NCBI GenBank assembly: GCA_040757675.1
Contig: JBFLWI010000002.1
Span: 55,217 to 119,216 of the forward strand
From: Thermoproteota archaeon
Lineage (GTDB): Archaea > Thermoproteota > Nitrososphaeria > Nitrososphaerales > Nitrosopumilaceae
Length of the DNA: 64,000 nucleotides
Direction: 5' to 3'
In this document: one piece after another, positions 1 to 9,497 of the stretch
How positions within the stretch are numbered: position 1 is the first letter of the stretch
Layout of the letters: every line of letters starts with the position of its first letter
Translations under genes and position numbers: made by a program
Notes under the pieces: generated by a model
What the model was told of the DNA's origin: nothing
Database searches by the model: none
The model's input: the letters and a program-made list of their open reading frames with translations, nothing else

Positions 1-1
1 C

Positions 2-2449
2 AAGTGGCACGACGACATGAGCTGGTATCCGTTTGGCAGAGACGTGGCAGCAACATCCCAAGTCATGCTGCACATAACTGCGGCAGTCACTTATTCGGCA
101 TTTGGCGGTGGCTCTGACCTGTACGGATTTACCATCATACTGCCGGTTGTTTTTGGCTCACTTACAGCGATTGTAGTTTTTGCACTGGTCCGAGTCATCG
201 GCGGCACTACCGCCGGATTGTTTGCGTCCATGCTTTACTCAATATCGCTTCCAATAATTACGAGGGGTACACTTGGATGGTTCAAATCAGAACCACTAGG
301 ACTGTTTTACGGTATTCTTGCAGCGTATCTGTTTTTGAGCGGAATCAAATCATCATCGCACAAAATCGCTTTTGCCAAATTAATTGGTGCAGGAATATTC
401 CTCGGCTTTGCATTTTCTGCATGGGGCGGAACCGACTTTCTTGTTCTACCTCTAGGGCTATTCATGCTATCGCTTCCCTTTGTAAGAAAAGATACCAGCT
501 TCCTTAGGTGGGCAATACCCGTGTTTGTCCTAGGCCTTGCAATATCTTTGGCGCCAATGGAAAGACCAGGCCTTGGGTTTTTCACAAAGGCAAGCGGCTT
601 TATGATAATAGGGCCAACCATCTTCATTGTGGTCTCTTCTTTTATTCAAAGCCGCAGCTCAGAGGAAAAAAGAAAGAGAAACACCGCTCTGTTCTTGATT
701 GCCGTAATTGCAGCAGGCATCGGAATACTGAGCGCAAACGTGTTTGGCCTTCCAAGCTTCAGATATCTGAACGCAATAAACCCGTTTTTGACTACTGTTG
801 ACCCACTAGTAGACTCGGTTGCAGAGCATGCTACAACCAACATCTTCCAGTCATTTCTGTTTCACTCTGTATTCATGATATTTGCCGCCATAGGTGTGTG
901 GCTCATCTTCAAGAATCTTAACGAGTCAAATGACAAGCGGGACGCACAGATCTTTGCTTTGATATTCGGATTACTTGGCGTCTATATCAGCTCGGCATTC
1001 ATACGACTGGAGTTATTCTCTTCTCTTTCCCTTGTAATACTTGGTTCCGTGGGCCTTGCAATGATTACAAAGCACATCTTCAGACAAGACAGACAGGAAA
1101 ACAAGAAGATAATCAGAGCGCATCCAAGGACTCTGAAAATCTCGTATTCTGTCATAATTGCAATTTTGCTCATCATCCCATTGATGGTGCCTGTGAGCGC
1201 CAACTGGATAAATGGCAGCAAAGCACCGCCTACCATCCTAAATGGAGGAAGCAACTACAACATAGCTACTACTGACTGGCTTGACGCAATGCAGTGGCTC
1301 AAAGAAAACACTCCTGAAGATGCAGTGGTCGCTTCATGGTGGGATTACGGATACTGGATCACCACCCTTGGTGAGCGACGCTCAATCGCAGATAATGCAA
1401 CGCTGATTGACTGGAGAATCAAACAGATGGCCCAAGTATTTCTGAGCACACCTGATGAAGCTTGGCAGATATTGCAAGAAATGGACGCAGATTATGTTCT
1501 GGTTTATGTCGCCGCTCAGAGAATAAACAGCGAAGATCCAGCATTGTATATGGTTCAAGGAGGAGGGGACGAAAGCAAAAAGCAATGGTTTATGAGAATC
1601 GCTGGCGCTCCAGTGGAAAGATACCTGTACGATGACGGCATCAGCCCGACTCCGGAATTTTGGGCTGAGACAACACTAGGAAAGATGATCCCATTTACTA
1701 CTTATGCCTATGTCGACTTGGTAAACCAAAAGCAAGCAAATACGTATGTTTCCGGATTTACACCGGTCTACATAGACGACATCAAATTTCCAAAAGATGG
1801 AAACGGTCCCTTCAGGCTTGCATACATGTCTTCTGGATTTCTGCGAAGTGACTCTGGACCAATAAATGGCGTCTTAATTTATGAAATAAACAAAAATTAC
1901 AAACAACAAGATTCGACGACAGAGCAACCAGAAAAAGACATCCAAAGCGATGTCAGGGCCCAAAACGCACCAATAGCTACAATCTCGACCAAATTCGGTG
2001 ACATTGTAATAGCACTAAAGCCAGAAATTGCTCCAAAAACAGTTGAAAACTTTGTCAAACTTGCAAACAACAACTTTTACGATGGCACTCTATTCCACAG
2101 AATCGAGCCAGGATTCGTCATTCAAGGGGGAGATCCAAACACCATCGATGGTCCTCCAGGAACATGGGGAACAGGCGGCCCAGGCTACAGCATTGACGCC
2201 GAAATAAGCGATCTCAAACATACAAAGTACATCGTGTCTATGGCGCGCGGCCAAAACATCAACAGCGCAGGGTCGCAGTTCTTCATAATGCTTGGCGATG
2301 CGCCATGGCTTGATGGCCAGTATACGATATTTGGCGAGGTAATTGAAGGAAAAGACGTAGTGGACAAGATTGGTAGTCTTCAGACAGATCTAACGGCGCG
2401 CCCCCTGGATCTTGAAAGCGCACGAATCAACAGTATAAGAATATCTTAG
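2..2449 (+). CDS. aglB: Oligosaccharyltransferase AglB/STT3 (5'-truncated by window) fused to a C-terminal cyclophilin-type PPIase
   Basis: Frame is open from position 2 (KWHDDMSWYPFGR); many TM segments, SVAEH, WWDYG and DNAT motifs; the last ~160 aa carry cyclophilin motifs FHRIEPGFVIQGGDP, SMAR, AGSQFFI, WLDGQYTIFG. Confidence 0.93.
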   Translation, partial: KWHDDMSWYPFGRDVAATSQVMLHITAAVTYSAFGGGSDLYGFTIILPVVFGSLTAIVVFALVRVIGGTTAGLFASMLYSISLPIITRGTLGWFKSEPLGLFYGILAAYLFLSGIKSSSHKIAFAKLIGAGIFLGFAFSAWGGTDFLVLPLGLFMLSLPFVRKDTSFLRWAIPVFVLGLAISLAPMERPGLGFFTKASGFMIIGPTIFIVVSSFIQSRSSEEKRKRNTALFLIAVIAAGIGILSANVFGLPSFRYLNAINPFLTTVDPLVDSVAEHATTNIFQSFLFHSVFMIFAAIGVWLIFKNLNESNDKRDAQIFALIFGLLGVYISSAFIRLELFSSLSLVILGSVGLAMITKHIFRQDRQENKKIIRAHPRTLKISYSVIIAILLIIPLMVPVSANWINGSKAPPTILNGGSNYNIATTDWLDAMQWLKENTPEDAVVASWWDYGYWITTLGERRSIADNATLIDWRIKQMAQVFLSTPDEAWQILQEMDADYVLVYVAAQRINSEDPALYMVQGGGDESKKQWFMRIAGAPVERYLYDDGISPTPEFWAETTLGKMIPFTTYAYVDLVNQKQANTYVSGFTPVYIDDIKFPKDGNGPFRLAYMSSGFLRSDSGPINGVLIYEINKNYKQQDSTTEQPEKDIQSDVRAQNAPIATISTKFGDIVIALKPEIAPKTVENFVKLANNNFYDGTLFHRIEPGFVIQGGDPNTIDGPPGTWGTGGPGYSIDAEISDLKHTKYIVSMARGQNINSAGSQFFIMLGDAPWLDGQYTIFGEVIEGKDVVDKIGSLQTDLTARPLDLESARINSIRIS

Positions 2450-2607
2450 CTTTCTTTGAATTTGTCCATTATGCGGTAACGCGCGTACCTGTCATCTGGT
2501 GAAAACTTGGCTGGGTGTGCAGTTACCGTCTTGGAATTGCATTGTGGGCACTGCTCTTTGAGTGTGTATTTTTTGCAGTCTGGGCATTTACGAAGCTGGA
2601 ACTTCAA
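2446..2607 (-). CDS. nop10: H/ACA RNP protein Nop10 (53 aa, TTG start, not in ORF track)
   Basis: Manual translation MKFQLRKCPDCKKYTLKEQCPQCNSKTVTAHPAKFSPDDRYARYRIMDKFKES: Zn ribbon plus HPAKFSPDD motif; lies directly downstream of aIF2-alpha as in the conserved archaeal gene order. Confidence 0.9.
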   Translation of the reverse strand: MKFQLRKCPDCKKYTLKEQCPQCNSKTVTAHPAKFSPDDRYARYRIMDKFKES

Positions 2608-2609
2608 GG

Positions 2610-3410
2610 TTATCCCTCGCGTGTCTTTTTAGATTCTTCTCTTGCAAAACTAAATGTGCCGTTGTTCTTTTCTATGATCTTTTGAATTTTATCAAGTATA
2701 GGCTTGAGCATCCTTTCTGCGGTCTTAAAGTCAGGCCCCTTGACGCTTATTCTGTATTTTGGGGCACCTATGTAAGTCACAGAAATATTGGAGTCTTGGT
2801 TCCCAATCGAATCCAAAATCGCGCTCTTTATTACCTCTACTCCGTTTGACTGGTTGCAGGTAAGCTCACAGATTCCACGTATCTCAACGGACGGTGGCTT
2901 TATCTTGGAGCTTGCTTCTTCGATTGCAGAAAGTATCTTTTTTGAGAGCTTCAACTCGTCAAGTATGCCTATGCCTTTTGCAGACACATCCAAAAATGCG
3001 TCATAAATGAAATCGTATTTTGAAAATATTGCGTCTTCGAGCTTTTCTAGCTCTTTGTCTGAGAGGCCTGCAGATTCTTTGACTGCTTGCAGTAGCGTCC
3101 TACCTTTTTCAATCCGCTTTACCTCAAGAAGCTTCTTTTTTTGTTGATCCTTTGAGACTTGTTTTAGAGAAAGATCTATTTCGGATCTGTTTGGGTTGAC
3201 TTTTTTTACAAGTAGGACCTTTTTTTCACCCTCTTTGACAAATTTGCTTACGGAACGAACCCAGCCTGGAGCTATCTCGGATACATGTAAAAATCCTTGC
3301 ATGTTGTTGTATTCATCAAGTGTTACGTACGCGCCGTGATCAGTAAGCTTTGTGACTGTAGCAAGTACGATCTCGCCGATCTCGGGAAGCTCTTGAGACT
3401 CAGTAGCCAT
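2610..3410 (-). CDS. eif2a: Translation initiation factor aIF2 subunit alpha
   Basis: S1 domain (ELPEIGEIVLATV, GFLHVSEIAPGWV) and C-terminal YIGAPKYRI; ATG is the reverse complement of cat 3408-3410, so it is on the minus strand despite the track label. Confidence 0.95.
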   Translation of the reverse strand: MATESQELPEIGEIVLATVTKLTDHGAYVTLDEYNNMQGFLHVSEIAPGWVRSVSKFVKEGEKKVLLVKKVNPNRSEIDLSLKQVSKDQQKKKLLEVKRIEKGRTLLQAVKESAGLSDKELEKLEDAIFSKYDFIYDAFLDVSAKGIGILDELKLSKKILSAIEEASSKIKPPSVEIRGICELTCNQSNGVEVIKSAILDSIGNQDSNISVTYIGAPKYRISVKGPDFKTAERMLKPILDKIQKIIEKNNGTFSFAREESKKTREG

Positions 3411-3457
3411 TGGAGCTTTGACTTGGTGTACATAATTTAATGTTGTTGACCAAATCT

Positions 3458-3994
3458 TCAAAAATCAATGCCTTTTTTTGCTCGTATGCCGCGCTGAAAT
3501 GGATGTTTTATCTCCTTCATCTCAGTCACCAAGTCTGCGGCATCGACGATCTCTTGTCTTACATGATTCCCAGTCAAAACCAGACTCACATCATCTGGCT
3601 TTGATTTTATAAGATCTAGGACTTGGTGTATGTCAACTAATCCAAGATCTACTGCATAATTTATCTCGTCCAAAATCACTATATCGTATTTTCCTGAAAG
3701 GATCTTTTCTTTGCTTATCTGAATCGCCTCTTGTGCTATTTTTTGGTGTATTTCTTTTGGCGTCTTGTCATCAAGTATTCCTACAAAGCCCTTTCCGACG
3801 GCGGTCAGCTCAAACTCGGGCTCAAGCCTTTTTGACGAACTCATCTCACCATAATGCCAAGATCCTTTGATGAATTGGATCATGCATATTTTGTAATTGT
3901 GACCAATTGCTCTCAAGGCCATGCCAAGAGCTGCAGTTGTTTTGCCCTTTCCTTTACCTGTATAGACAATTACGAGGCCTCCTTCGTTTTGCAT
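3458..3994 (-). CDS. cobO: Cob(I)alamin/corrinoid adenosyltransferase (CobO/BtuR)
   Basis: VYTGKGKGKTTAALG P-loop, ILDEINYA, LTG, KHPF...GIDF; start is cat 3992-3994, so minus strand (track label wrong). Confidence 0.95.
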   Translation of the reverse strand: MQNEGGLVIVYTGKGKGKTTAALGMALRAIGHNYKICMIQFIKGSWHYGEMSSSKRLEPEFELTAVGKGFVGILDDKTPKEIHQKIAQEAIQISKEKILSGKYDIVILDEINYAVDLGLVDIHQVLDLIKSKPDDVSLVLTGNHVRQEIVDAADLVTEMKEIKHPFQRGIRAKKGIDF

Positions 3995-4060
3995 GCTGAA
4001 AAATCATTACGCACCACTAAAAAGATTCGTATAGTTCCTGTCTCAAAGATAGGTTGAAAA

Positions 4061-5416
4061 TTGAAAATACCAAGAATCGTAGTTGCTGGTGCCACAAGTG
4101 GTGTAGGAAAGACATCCATTACCTGCTCTATCATAGCTGCCATGAAAAACAAAGGATACTCCGTGCAACCATTCAAGGTAGGCCCAGATTACATCGATCC
4201 TACATACCTATCTGCGATATCTGGAAACCATGCAAGAAATCTTGATTCTTGGATCATGGGAGAAAGTGCAGTGCTCTCTAGTTTTGTAAAGAATTCTACT
4301 TCGGAGATCTCTGTCATAGAAGGCGTGATGGGTTTTTACGACGGATTTTCGGGCAGCACAAATCTTTCTAGTACGCATCACATTGCTACCATACTTGAAG
4401 CCCCAGTCATTCTAATTCTGGATGCAAGCAGGACTGCTCGTTCTATTGCTGCAACGGCTCTTGGGTTTACAAAATTCCACAAAAATTCTAGAATTGTGGG
4501 TCTGATTCTCAACAAAATCGGAAGTAAAAAACATGAACAGATGTGCAGAGCTGCACTGGAACCGCTCAAACTTCCAATTCTTGGCTGTGTCCCAAAAAAT
4601 ACAGAAATTTCACTAGAGTCGCGGCACTTGGGACTAATACCTGTAATGGAACAAGAAAAGGTTGGACAAAAAATAAGAAAGATCGCAAAGAGTATCTCTT
4701 CACATCTTGACATAGACAAAATAGTATCAATTGCGCAGCGGGCACCGCCACTTTTTCGAACAATCAAAGAAACCAACCAAAAATCCAAAGTCACTATAGG
4801 CGTGGCATTAGACAAGTCCTTCAACTTTTATTATTATGACAACTTTGATGCGCTACGACGGAACGGGGCCAAAATAGAGTTTTTCAGCCCAATTTCTGAC
4901 TCTTCTCCACCAGAATGTTCGGGACTCTATATCGGCGGTGGGTTTCCGGAGGTTCTAGGACTGCCCCTTGCAAAGAATCATGCCATGAAAAAGTCAATCA
5001 AAAAGCTTGCAGAAGAGCAAATGCCAATCTATGGAGAATGTGGCGGTCTCATGTATCTGACAAAATCGATCAAATATACAGACAAAAAATACTCGATGGT
5101 GGGCCTCTTTGATGCGCAAACAAGTATGGAAAAAAAGATGATACTCAACTATACGAAAGCAAACGTAATCAATGACTGCATTGTTGCCAAAAGCTCCACA
5201 AAAATATTCGGCCACGAGTTCCATTACTCCGAGCTCAACTCGGTTCCAAAAGACTCAAAATTTGCTTACAATGTCTCGCTGGGTGTCGGAATTAAAAACA
5301 AAAAGGATGGCTTGATGGAATACAACACGCTAGCATCATACATGCATCTTTACTTTGATCGCAGTCTGCACGCAAGGAACTTTGTAAGTAACTGCCTTTC
5401 ATACCTAAGGCGGTGA
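4061..5416 (+). CDS. cbiA: Cobyrinate a,c-diamide synthase
   Basis: SGVGKT, FKVGPDYIDP, IEGVMG, LESRHLGL, GECGGLMYL, GHEFHYS, SYMHLYF motifs; TTG start. Confidence 0.95.
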   Translation: MKIPRIVVAGATSGVGKTSITCSIIAAMKNKGYSVQPFKVGPDYIDPTYLSAISGNHARNLDSWIMGESAVLSSFVKNSTSEISVIEGVMGFYDGFSGSTNLSSTHHIATILEAPVILILDASRTARSIAATALGFTKFHKNSRIVGLILNKIGSKKHEQMCRAALEPLKLPILGCVPKNTEISLESRHLGLIPVMEQEKVGQKIRKIAKSISSHLDIDKIVSIAQRAPPLFRTIKETNQKSKVTIGVALDKSFNFYYYDNFDALRRNGAKIEFFSPISDSSPPECSGLYIGGGFPEVLGLPLAKNHAMKKSIKKLAEEQMPIYGECGGLMYLTKSIKYTDKKYSMVGLFDAQTSMEKKMILNYTKANVINDCIVAKSSTKIFGHEFHYSELNSVPKDSKFAYNVSLGVGIKNKKDGLMEYNTLASYMHLYFDRSLHARNFVSNCLSYLRR

Positions 5417-6040
5417 GTCCCTCAATATCTTAAAGAGGGCATTTATTATGGCGGCAGCACACGGAGTGCCCCCCTTTCGGCCTTTGTTGGTAATATATGG
5501 CACATCTACACGCAACAACTCCTCTTTTGATTCGGCGGCCCCAACAAACCCTACAGGTATTCCCACAACCAGATTTGGTTTGGTCAGGCCCTCTCTTACC
5601 ATCTGAATCACCTCCAAAAGAGCAGTAGGAGCATTACCGATTACAACTACGCCTCCATTCATCTCCTTTGCTCTAATCCGCATTGCAGTCTGAGCTTTCG
5701 TCTTGTCCAGTCTTAGTGCTTCACGTACTACATCTGGGTTTGAGATATCGCAGATTACCTCGGTTTTAAAGTCGGCAAGGTTTTGCTTGTTTAGGAGGCC
5801 AGCAATCCCGTTTACGTCAGTTATTATGTTTCTGCCGGCCTTTAGTGCTTTAAGACCTGAATCTACTGCGTCTTTGTGAAATATGAGTCCATTTTGCCGC
5901 GCAAAGTCAAAATCGGCAGTGGAATGGATGACACGTCTTACTATCTGCCATTGGTGGCCAGTGTAGGGGTGAGGGCCGATCTCCTTTTCAATAATCTCCA
6001 TGCTTTGGTCTTCAATTGACTGGCCCTTCCTAGTTTGCAT
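5405..6040 (-). CDS. cbiC: Precorrin-8X/cobalt-precorrin-8 methylmutase
   Basis: RRVIHSTAD, IGNAPTAL, GIPVGFVGAAESKE, GRKGG motifs. Confidence 0.95.
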   Translation of the reverse strand: MQTRKGQSIEDQSMEIIEKEIGPHPYTGHQWQIVRRVIHSTADFDFARQNGLIFHKDAVDSGLKALKAGRNIITDVNGIAGLLNKQNLADFKTEVICDISNPDVVREALRLDKTKAQTAMRIRAKEMNGGVVVIGNAPTALLEVIQMVREGLTKPNLVVGIPVGFVGAAESKEELLRVDVPYITNKGRKGGTPCAAAIINALFKILRDSPP

Positions 6041-6782
6041 TCTCTACCTCTTTTGCTCTTTGTAAGATAAATTCGATCATTCTTTCATCGGTGCCAATGT
6101 GCTCCGTTATTAGAATTTTTTTTATGTGCGATTTTTCAATTGCTGGATTGAGATCCGTATAGATGTCTCTTTTTACATGAGCCCCTTCATGCAGAAAGTA
6201 AAACACCACAACTAGCAGTTCCGGTTTGTTTTCATCGCATTTTTGAATCCCTTGTTGGATGGTGGGCTCCTCGATTTCAAGAAAGCAATAATCAGCGCTG
6301 CGGTATTGTTGCGCCAGCCTGTCTATGACATATTTTATTGAAATGCGTGCATTAGGATCCTTGCTTCCATGTCCTATGACAAGGACATCAATTTTGTCCT
6401 TTGGCATCGACATCTTGTTTTTTTCTAGGACTGCTTGGATCTTCGATTCCACAATGTCCACCATTGTTTGGTGCATACTCATCGGTTTTGTAACTACAAA
6501 CTTGATGTCCGTTTTAGCTTGGAACTTGATTGCTTCATTTACTGCTGCTTTGACTTTCTTGCCTGGATACAAAAAATATGGCACGATTGTAAGGGCACTG
6601 ATGTCTTTTTTGAGGCAGTTTGTAACACCTTCCTCTATGAAAGGCGGAAGGACCTCCAAGAAACAATAATCTGCAAATGCATAGCTGCCTCGCTCCTTTA
6701 CCTTACTACAAATTAAATTCAGCTCGTCTCTTACCTCTTTTTCCCTGCTGCCCCTGTCGATAAGTAGTAAACCACGTTTCAT
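6030..6782 (-). CDS. cbiX: Sirohydrochlorin cobaltochelatase (two CbiX domains)
   Basis: DRGSR/GHGSKD, FLEV.PP/FLEI.EP, PYFLYPG/YFLHEGAHV.DI repeated CbiX motifs; located in the cbi cluster. Confidence 0.88.
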   Translation of the reverse strand: MKRGLLLIDRGSREKEVRDELNLICSKVKERGSYAFADYCFLEVLPPFIEEGVTNCLKKDISALTIVPYFLYPGKKVKAAVNEAIKFQAKTDIKFVVTKPMSMHQTMVDIVESKIQAVLEKNKMSMPKDKIDVLVIGHGSKDPNARISIKYVIDRLAQQYRSADYCFLEIEEPTIQQGIQKCDENKPELLVVVFYFLHEGAHVKRDIYTDLNPAIEKSHIKKILITEHIGTDERMIEFILQRAKEVENAN

Positions 6783-7834
6783 TTTTCTATTCTTGCTATG
6801 GCTACGGTAAGGTCTGGTGGAAATTTCTGTTTTTCAACTATTAGCTTTCCATGAGAGCTCTTGATTGCGGCCGCTTCAGATACACTTGGTGTTCCTTCGA
6901 AAGCCTGCACCATGTCGGAAGGGTTTGGAATGCTGATCTTGGCAAGCTCCTCTCTTTGAAAATATTCTATGTCTAGTCCCATCTCTCTTGCAGCATCGAC
7001 CAGTCCAGGTACGTCCTGCGGTTTTTTGAGTGAGGCAAACCTTGCTAATGATTTTGGACTAAGCTTGTATGTAGAAAGACAAAACAGCACTGACTCGATT
7101 ATCTTTTCTTTAGTCGTATCTGCGTGAAGGCCTATTCCTGCAACAAGAGTCTTGGGCCTGTAAACGACGGAATTTTTTGTTAGATCCTCATCTAATATCT
7201 TGTCTGAAATCATCAAGTATGCCTTCGAATCAGAGCGCCTTAGTTCCTCAAGTGTCTCGTATATGGTCACGTTCTTTGGCAGCTCTCCTTTCCACCAATT
7301 CTTCTCACCAGAATCTTGATACACTCCGATTTTTTCTTCATTTACCATCATTGCGCTTATTCTAGTTACATTAGAGTCATCATCTATTTCCCAGCCAAAT
7401 TCTCTGCCAACCAAGTCAACTGGAATGGTCTTGTTTACATCTGCCGCAGTTGTGATGACGGCAGTTGCTCCAAGATTTTTGGCAATCTCTTCGGTCAACT
7501 CGTTTGCACCACCTAGATGACCAGAAAGAGCAGATATGACAAAGCCTGCCTTGTCATCGATCACAATTATCGCAGGATCTGTCTTTTTGTCTTTGAGATG
7601 AGGCGCAATCAGCCTAATTACGGCACCAAGAGAAAACAGGCATACAATACCGTCATAATTTCTGAAAAGTTCCGCAATCTTGAGTGCAGTTTGTTCCTCG
7701 TACCATATCGCGTCTGCTGATTCTGCCTGAAATTTTGATGGTGCATAGATCTGCCATCTTGGGAAAATCTGTTTTATGGAAGCTGCAATTTTTATTCCAT
7801 TTTTTGTAATTGCCAGAATTGCAACCTTTTCCAT
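6779..7834 (-). CDS. cbiG: Cobalamin biosynthesis protein CbiG
   Basis: GAVIRLIAP, DK.TDPA, LSGHLGGAN, VITTAAD, SVSEAAA; start taken at MEKVAILAIT (cat 7832-7834). Confidence 0.92.
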   Translation of the reverse strand: MEKVAILAITKNGIKIAASIKQIFPRWQIYAPSKFQAESADAIWYEEQTALKIAELFRNYDGIVCLFSLGAVIRLIAPHLKDKKTDPAIIVIDDKAGFVISALSGHLGGANELTEEIAKNLGATAVITTAADVNKTIPVDLVGREFGWEIDDDSNVTRISAMMVNEEKIGVYQDSGEKNWWKGELPKNVTIYETLEELRRSDSKAYLMISDKILDEDLTKNSVVYRPKTLVAGIGLHADTTKEKIIESVLFCLSTYKLSPKSLARFASLKKPQDVPGLVDAAREMGLDIEYFQREELAKISIPNPSDMVQAFEGTPSVSEAAAIKSSHGKLIVEKQKFPPDLTVAIARIEK

Positions 7835-7865
7835 GCTCTCAAAATTCCAACTGAAATAAAATATC

Positions 7866-8954
7866 TTACTGGGGACATCGACCAAGTATGGAGCCGTCAA
7901 AGTCAAACAAAATCACCTCGATCTCCACTTTATTGTCTGAGTGTGCTCGCATCTGCTTGTAAACTTGAGTACAAATCTCAGAAAAAAACCCCTTAACGTT
8001 ACCTTTTGCGACGATCTCTTGTGCATGTCTTGCAGTATTCGCACTCTTTATCTGCTTGATGACTTCATCCGGTGCACCACAATTCAACGCAGTTTTTGCC
8101 AAAAACTCCATGTCTACTTTTGAGCCCTTGACATGGGTCTGCTTGACACCCATCGCAATCTTGGTAAGCTTGCCAATGAATCCTGCAACGTATGCTTTTT
8201 TGATACCTTTTTTTGCGCATTGCTCTATAGTGTAGCCTGCAAAGTCTCCCATCTGGACAAAACAGTGTTCAGGCAAATTGATGTATTTTTTTGCAAACTC
8301 TTCACTTCTTCCACCCGTGGTCAAAACTACAGTGTCGTCTTTCATGGCAAGTGTCACGTCTATGCTTTGCCTAATGGCGGCCGCAAACGATGCAGTTGAA
8401 TATGGTATGACTATGCCAGTTGTACCAAGGATCGAAATGCCGCCTACAATGCCAAGTCTAGGGTTATCAGTTTTTGATGCGATCTCTTCCCCCTTTGGCA
8501 CGGAAATTGTTACTTTGATTCCATTCTTTTTGAGAATTTCATTACCAACCAAAGCCAGATTCTCAATTATCATCTTTTTTGGTGTGGGATTTATCGCGGC
8601 CGAGCCGATTTCAAGGCCAAGGCCTGGTTTTGTCACTCTTCCCACACCTTGTCCGCCGTCGATCTCTATGTGGTTTGCGTTATCTGTGAGCTGCAGCTCG
8701 ACTACTATCTCCGCGCCATGAGTCACATCGGGGTCGTCACCGCCATCTTTGATGACAGAACACTTTGCAGTGGTGGAATCAAAGCTGCAACTTGATATGT
8801 TGATTGTAAGCTTTTTTTCTTTTGGTAACAACACTTCGACAGTATCTACTTTTTTTTGAGATATGATTGCAGCAAGTGCTGCTTTTGCTGCTGCAGCCGC
8901 ACATGTGCCGGTAGTAAAGCCGGTACGTAGCTTTCCTTGTGATCTTTCACTCAC
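7866..8954 (-). CDS. cbiD: Cobalt-precorrin-5B C1-methyltransferase
   Basis: LRTGFTTGTCAAAAAKAA, KDGGDDPDVTHG, NPRLGIVGGISILGTTG; GTG start. Confidence 0.95.
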   Translation of the reverse strand: MSERSQGKLRTGFTTGTCAAAAAKAALAAIISQKKVDTVEVLLPKEKKLTINISSCSFDSTTAKCSVIKDGGDDPDVTHGAEIVVELQLTDNANHIEIDGGQGVGRVTKPGLGLEIGSAAINPTPKKMIIENLALVGNEILKKNGIKVTISVPKGEEIASKTDNPRLGIVGGISILGTTGIVIPYSTASFAAAIRQSIDVTLAMKDDTVVLTTGGRSEEFAKKYINLPEHCFVQMGDFAGYTIEQCAKKGIKKAYVAGFIGKLTKIAMGVKQTHVKGSKVDMEFLAKTALNCGAPDEVIKQIKSANTARHAQEIVAKGNVKGFFSEICTQVYKQMRAHSDNKVEIEVILFDFDGSILGRCPQ

Positions 8955-9005
8955 AGCATATGATAATTTGTTTACGTAATAACTTTTACAGAAAAATTGG
9001 AAAAC

Positions 9006-9443
9006 TCATTTCAGAATTTCAGAAATAATTATCCATATCGCGATTGCGCCGAGGCCACCATACAGCAAGAGGTGCGTCATTCTGTGGGAAACTGGTTTTT
9101 CGTCAGCTTGAGCTTGGTTTGCATTTGCTCCAAAATTACGCCTAAATTCTTTATAATATGCGTGGTAGCCAAACTCGACCTCCTCATTGGTATTTTTATC
9201 ATAATATTTCCAAAATTCTGCCTGTGCGGTTTCTACATCTTTGTGTCTTGCATTTTCCTTTTTTTGCTCCTGTTTGAGTATCTGGTATGCCTCGGTTATT
9301 TCCCTGAATTTTTTGTCCGTGTTTTCGTCTTTATTCTTGTCGGGATGATACCTTAGCGACAGTTTTCTATACGCTTGTTTTACTTCCTTAAATGATGCAT
9401 TCTTTTGCAATCCTAAAATCTCGTAGCATTGCGTTGCATTCAA
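9006..9443 (-). CDS. Small J-domain protein with C-terminal transmembrane helix
   Basis: YEILGL...YRKLSLRYHPDKN J-domain; hydrophobic C-terminus LLLYGGLGAIAIWIIISEIL. Confidence 0.85.
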   Translation of the reverse strand: MNATQCYEILGLQKNASFKEVKQAYRKLSLRYHPDKNKDENTDKKFREITEAYQILKQEQKKENARHKDVETAQAEFWKYYDKNTNEEVEFGYHAYYKEFRRNFGANANQAQADEKPVSHRMTHLLLYGGLGAIAIWIIISEILK

Positions 9444-9497
9444 TGAACCAATTTACCGTCTTGAACATTTAAAATTATATTCAATATTCCTAAATGA

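Noticed and set aside
2610-3994. ORF-track entries 2610..3461 and 3458..3994 labelled + strand
   Set aside because: The listed proteins translate only from the reverse complement (starts read cat at 3408-3410 and 3992-3994 on the + strand), so they were reassigned to minus. The 17 extra N-terminal residues given for aIF2-alpha overlap cobO and were dropped.
3995-9005. Possible cobalamin riboswitch near the cbi genes
   Set aside because: The spacers are only ~50-66 bp and show no B12-box or suitable structure.
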